DNA from: Klebsormidium nitens
Taxonomy: Eukaryota > Plantae > Klebsormidiophyceae
NCBI GenBank assembly: GCA_000708835.1
Contig: DF237433.1
Span: forward strand, 6,322-70,321
DNA length: 64,000 nucleotides
Reading direction: 5' to 3'
Shown: one piece after another, positions 59,001 through 64,000 of the stretch
Layout of the letters: every line of letters begins with the position of its first letter
How positions within the stretch are numbered: the first letter of the stretch is position 1
Notes under the pieces: model-generated
Seen by the model: the letters and a program-made list of their open reading frames with translations, nothing else
What the model was told of the DNA's origin: nothing
Database searches by the model: none
Program-made: the position numbers and the translations under genes

Positions 59001-62000
59001 CCTGGGATTTTGCAGAGGCTGCCCACTGCCACAGACAGCCCTCACCCTGTGCTGGTCACCAGGACGATCAGGAGCCGATTGCAAGGTGAGAGACAAGTCT
59101 CGTACAGTTGCTGCAGTGTCTTCTCTCGGCACACCAACAGCACTAAGCATCAACCTTTACGGCTTTGGTAGTCACGATTCTTGGCACAACCCAGACAATT
59201 CGTGGGCAGGATGTGGCGTCTTTCTTCTTGACAACCCTTCGGGTGGTTCCTACTAACGTTCTTTAAGGTATGGCAGGGCCCATCAGCGTGTACCAGAAAG
59301 TAATGTCTTTCTTTCTAAGAACCTTAATGGGCGTTTTTTGGTGCATCTTGGGTGGTATGGCCGGGCTTGCACCATCAGCCTGTACCACGAAACGATGTGT
59401 TACTTCTGAAGAATTCTCCTGGGCGTCTCCTGGTACACAAATCTTTCCGGGTATGGCCGGGCAAAGTGCATGCCCTTGATCAGTCACACAAATCCGAGGA
59501 CTATCGGAAGGTATCGAGTGTGACATCCCGAGTGCAGCACTTCTGACCCATTGAGCGCCTTCATTTCAGAGTCCTCGCGCGCTGACCGCGACGCCTACAA
59601 CAGCCCCCGCACAATCGGCCCCAGTGCCATCGCCGGCGGCCCCAAGTCGGACTGCGGTCTTGGCCCAGCCCGCCATCAGCACGCCGGCAGCAACGAGGCG
59701 CAGCCCGGGCAGCCTTCCGTCCACCGCGCAGAGGGACCATCATGCGGGGGCGCCAGGTTTGGGGTTCAGCGCACTGCCACGAAGAGCGTCCTGATGAGGA
59801 GCGCAGTCCAAGGTGAGCGACAACTTCTCCTTTCACCACCGTATCCATGCCTGTCATTCCATGATAGAGTCAAGCGGTGCTGGGAAGTGGCACGTCTTTC
59901 CTCTTGGTCATCAAAAGCCGGGACAGATGCTTGGCGTTTTCTGTTAAATCTTGGCAAGTACGGACGGGGCCCCTCAAAAACGGTGTGAGGCTTTGCAGAT
60001 TGCGGGGGTGTGTACCAAGAAAGGCTGTATTACTTCTTAAGAATCAATTGGGCGTTTTCCGGTACATCCTGCGGGGTATGGTTGGGGCCCCTCAAAGATC
60101 ATGCGGGGTATGGTCGGCCCCTAAAACGGTGTGAGGGTTTGCAACGTGAAGGGGCCGTGTACCAGGAAACATTGTATTACTTTCTTAAGAATCTAATGAC
60201 CGTTTTCTGGTACATCCTGCAGGGTATGGCCGGCCTTGCCCATCAAGCGCACGATCCGACCATCCAGCACACAATCATCGTGTACCAGAAAACGCTGTAT
60301 TACTTTCTTAAGAACCTAACGGGCGGTTTCTGGTACATCCTGCAGGGTATGGCCGGGCACCCCCGAAAATGGTGTGAGGTTTTGCAGCGTATGGAGGCGT
60401 GTACCAAGAAACGCTGTGTTACTTCCTTAAGAATCTAATGGGCGAATCCTGGTACATTCTGGGGGGTGTGGCCGGGCTCGCAGCACCATGAGCAATGTTG
60501 CACAAAGTGGCGTCTTTGCCGGGCATGAGCCGGACAGCTTGCATGCTCTTGATCTTTGGGGCGGATTTTGAGATTCACGAGCCGCCGTGCTGATCCATTG
60601 CGCAGGATCACAAGGCACTGGCGTCCACGACGCGCGCCATGCAGACAAGCCTTCCGCCGCTGCCGCGACTCGCCCCACTTTCGACCCCTCAGAGCACGAG
60701 CGCGTTGCCGCCAGCTTGAGCAACGACGAGGCGCGGTGTGCGCAGCGCCCCGCACGTGAGGGCCGTTGCGCGCCGTCAGACAACCTCCGACCGGGGCGGT
60801 TTCCTGCCACGAGCAGCCGTCGTACGGCGCTCAGCAAATCGCAAGGTGAGCGTGTAGCAATCCCTTGCGCTGCACTAAGTTGCTCAGGCATCGGTTCACT
60901 GATGGCACGAAGCATGGGACTCAACCTCTGTCACTTGCTGGCATGCATCGGGTGCGTTGTCAGTATGCACCAGGAGGTGGCGTATTTCTCTTTGAAGATT
61001 TAAATGAGGCTCTTTCCTGGTACATCCTTGGAAGTGTGGGCGGAATAGCGCGCCGGGAGGTGGCGTGTTTCTCTTTGAAGAATCTAATTGCCCTTTCCTG
61101 GTACATCCTCAAGTGTACGGCCGGGCTGCCGGCGGTGTCCCGAGCCACTTGGGCACACTCATGCGCTCCAGAATTGAAGGCAATTGTTCCGAGTCACGCA
61201 ATATCAGGAGGGGTTCCAAGCGGCGCCCCAAAAGTAGTATACAAAGGAAAGCGTTCTGTGGTGCGTCAGTTCTGCTTCTCATCAGGAACGTGTACCAAGA
61301 AAGAACCTAATACTTCTTTACAAATGGGCGTTTTCTTGGTACACCTTGCTGGGTATGGTCGGGGCAAAGTTCATGCCCTTGATCCGCACGAATCCGAGGA
61401 CTTCCGCACGGATTTAACTGTCAATCGTGACGTTCACAAGTGCAGCAGTGCTGACCGACTGTGCGCCTCCTTTTTTCAGGATCAACGTGCACTGACCGCG
61501 ACGCCCACAACATGCGCCACGCCGCCGGCAGCCCCTCCACAACCGCCACAGCCAGCCCCCGTGCGTCCGGTGACAACTCCGAGTCGGAGTGCTGTCTTCG
61601 CGCGGGCCGCCATCAGAGTGCCGCCAGCTTGGTCACCGACGGGGCGCAGCGCTGGCAGCGCGCTGAACGGGAGGGACAGTGCGTGCTGTCGAGCCGGAGC
61701 GCCAGGGTTGGGGCTCAGTCGTCGAGGCAGCCCACTGCCACAAGCAGCCATCATCCGTTGTTGGTGAGGAGCGGACTGCAAGGTGAGCCTTCTCCACGAT
61801 CCCCGGCCGTCTGGTTGCGGCAAAGTCCTCTTCTCGATCAGTTGAGAGTTCTTGGCTCAACCTAGGGGAGTATCATGGGAAGTGGGATCGTTCTTCTCAA
61901 CAACGTGGCGCTCGTGAAGAACCTTACGGGCGTTTCTCCTGTACATACTACAATTTTCCTGGTCTGGCGGGGCTGCCCATCAAGCACACAGTCTGGTGGT

Positions 62001-64000
62001 ACTTGGTGGTACTTAGAAAGGCCGTATTCCTTTAAAAATCTAATGGGTGTTTCTTGGTACACGAACCTTGCGGGGTATGGCCGGCCCCTTGAACGGTGTG
62101 TGGCTGTTTCAGCACACAGAGAGAGAAGTTTCATGTACCAAGAAACGCTGTGTTATTGTTTAAGAATCTATTGGGCGTTTCCTGGTACATCCTGAGGGGT
62201 ATGGCCGGGTTCATTTCGGGGGGTATGGCCGGGTGCATTTCGGGGGGCATGGCCGGGCTGGCCCGTCAAGCGCAGGGTACGACCATCCGGCGCACAATGA
62301 GAGTGTACCAAGAAATGCTGTATTACTTTCTTTAGAATCTAATGGGCCTTTTCTGGTACATCCTGCAGGGCATGGCCGGCCTTGCCCATCAAGCGCATGA
62401 CCCGACCATCCGGCGCACAGTTGACGCGTACCAAGAAACACTGTGTTACTTTCTTAAGAATCTAAGGGGCCTTTCTTGGTACATCCTGCAGGGTGTGGCC
62501 GGACATCCCAGCACAGTCAGAGTGTACCAAGAAGAGGCGTATGACTTTCTTAAGAATCTAAGGGGCCTTTCTTGGTGCATCCTGCAGGGTATGGCCGGCC
62601 TTGCCCATCAAGCGCATGACCCGACCATCCGGCGCACAGTCGGCGCGTACCAAGAAACACTGTGTTACTTTCTTAAGAATCTAAGGGGCCTTTCTTGGTA
62701 CATCCTGCAGGGTATGGCCGGACCCTTCAAAACGGTGTGAGCCTTTGCCGCGCTGCGAGCGTTTCTTTGTAAGATCCCGCATGTCTGCAGGACCGTTGAA
62801 ATTGTGGCAGGTCTCTCAACTCTTACCTGCCAACCTTCTGCTCGCGCAGGATTTCCAGCCTACGGATGCGGGTCGGACAAGGTCTTCTACTCTTCGGCAC
62901 CAAAGAGCAGGGCACTGATAGGTATGGTGGCAGATCTCTGGCATTCTTTGGCAAGAAGAGGCTTCAATTGGCTTTGCCGACAGGACAGCGAATGCATGGG
63001 TCTGACTTGAAGGCTTGCCATTCTGAGCACGATTAGACTTTGAATGCGTGAGTCTGGCTTGAAGGGCATGCCATTTTTGAGCACGATTGGTTAACGGATT
63101 CGTTTGGTGCGATGCAGCGACGCAACTGATGATCGGGGGCGTGGAGAGCAACCCGGGGTGGCCCACACACGATCCCGACGCCCCGAGCAGCTCATGCGGG
63201 CGGCCCCTTATTCACCTCCCGACCACGGAGGTAAGTTATTTGCCAGGCAAAGATACTTTCTGCCTCATGCCTCCATCCAAGGATCACACGAAGTACCGCA
63301 AGGCTACAACTTGTGCCACTTGCCATAATCACCATGCCCCTTCTCACCGGCATCCACAGAGCGTCGATATAGACCGGGTGATTCATGTATGACGTATTCA
63401 TGTCATGCAGGAGGTTCAGAAGAGCGTCAGGTCAAAGCCAGTCAGCACCGAGCCGTTCGATGCGTGGCGAGCAAGCGTGAGTTTCAGTTGCTGTCGCGGT
63501 CCGACGTGTGTGAGATGCTGTCATTGAGCACGCTCATTCGTTTGCAGCCATGCATTTTCAGAGCTGGCATATGGGAAGAGTCAATGCACTGGGTGTTGAC
63601 TCGTGCATTCCTTGCTCATTCAGCAATTGAACCCAAACTGGGTGGCAGAGGTGATGGCCCGATCCCCAGTTCAACCTGCTCAACCCCAGTTGAAGGACCC
63701 GCCGACAGCGCCAAGCGTCAGTAGAGAGGTCAGTGCCCAGATCAACAATCCTCAACTGCGGCACGGCAGATGCGCTTGGAAAGCTTGCATTTGAACTCCT
63801 CAAATCTGCCCACTTTACTGCTCATAAACTCGTCGAAGAATTCAATAACATCGTCGCTCGACCAGGCCTCGAACCCCCCCGCTTGCATGAACCATCGAAA
63901 CAGCCACGGCCAGGATAGATCCCTTGGGTCGTTGCATGTGCCCCTCTTGTAGAGGCGTGTGATTGCACATGCGGCTGCATCCTGGAAGCTCGCTGCTGCC
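56064..64000 (+). CDS. Paralogue (copy 2) of the 47593 gene with amplified exons, continuing past the right edge
   Basis: Exons 56064-56388, 57224-57367 (144 nt, as in copy 1), 57495-57614, repeat exons 58012-58290, 58772-59085 (frameshifted), 59570-59812, 60606-60845, 61480-61782, then 62850-62921 (SRALI) and 63118-63230 (ATQLMIGGVESNPGW). Confidence 0.65.
56570..62740. repeat. Intron-resident palindromic minisatellite: TGTACCA(A)GAAA...CTTAAGAATCTAATGGGCG..TTTCT(T)GGTACATCCTGCAGGGTATGGCCGG
   Basis: More than 20 copies in clusters at 56570-57130, 57800-57900, 58290-58700, 59270-59470, 59980-60480, 60960-61380 and 62000-62740. Each unit has ~11-bp inverted arms around a ~30-bp spacer. Confidence 0.9.

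Noticed and set aside
60010-62740. ORFs such as MYQERLYYFLRINW and MGLFWYILQGMAGLAH (60010, 60865, 61875, 62342) that look like repeat membrane proteins
   Set aside because: They are translations of the palindromic minisatellite and lie between well-formed donor and acceptor sites.

Overview
Eukaryotic nuclear DNA with many GT-AG introns. The gene content suggests a green or streptophyte alga such as Klebsormidium, but this is inference. (1) 1-13.2 kb is an endogenous virus-like block: a Prim-Pol gene cut by the window edge, two tandem tyrosine-recombinase-like genes (at least one with an in-frame stop), an MC1-like DNA-packaging protein, and a repeat array built from gene 3' tails. It also holds a Prim-Pol/Zn/D5-helicase gene carrying at least 5 phase-compatible spliceosomal introns, some filled with minisatellite. 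(2) 14.7-18.3 kb is a Crinkler-type coiled-coil + NTPase + REase gene, followed by a 404-N gap. (3) 20.6-23.4 kb is an LRR ectodomain gene apparently spliced to an XK-like multipass membrane domain. (4) 25-32 kb holds a decayed exon-repeat gene and an FAD monooxygenase. (5) 33.9-38 kb is a convergent inverted pair of coiled-coil-BTB-MATH-like genes. (6) 40-47 kb has three tandem paralogues of an unrecognised membrane protein: one intact, one nonsense, one frameshifted. (7) 47.6-64 kb has two tandem paralogous multi-exon genes. Copy 1 splices into a ~1,240-aa ORF: basic leader, Cys/His finger, coiled coil, 2A-like GGIERNPGP, ubiquitin-tail-like LHLRLRGG, small header, Crinkler-type NTPase, REase. 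Copy 2 has NPGW at the 2A site and an exon/intron unit amplified about 5 times with palindromic intronic repeats. No rRNA, tRNA or CRISPR was found. All splice models were made by hand from the sequence and are untested.
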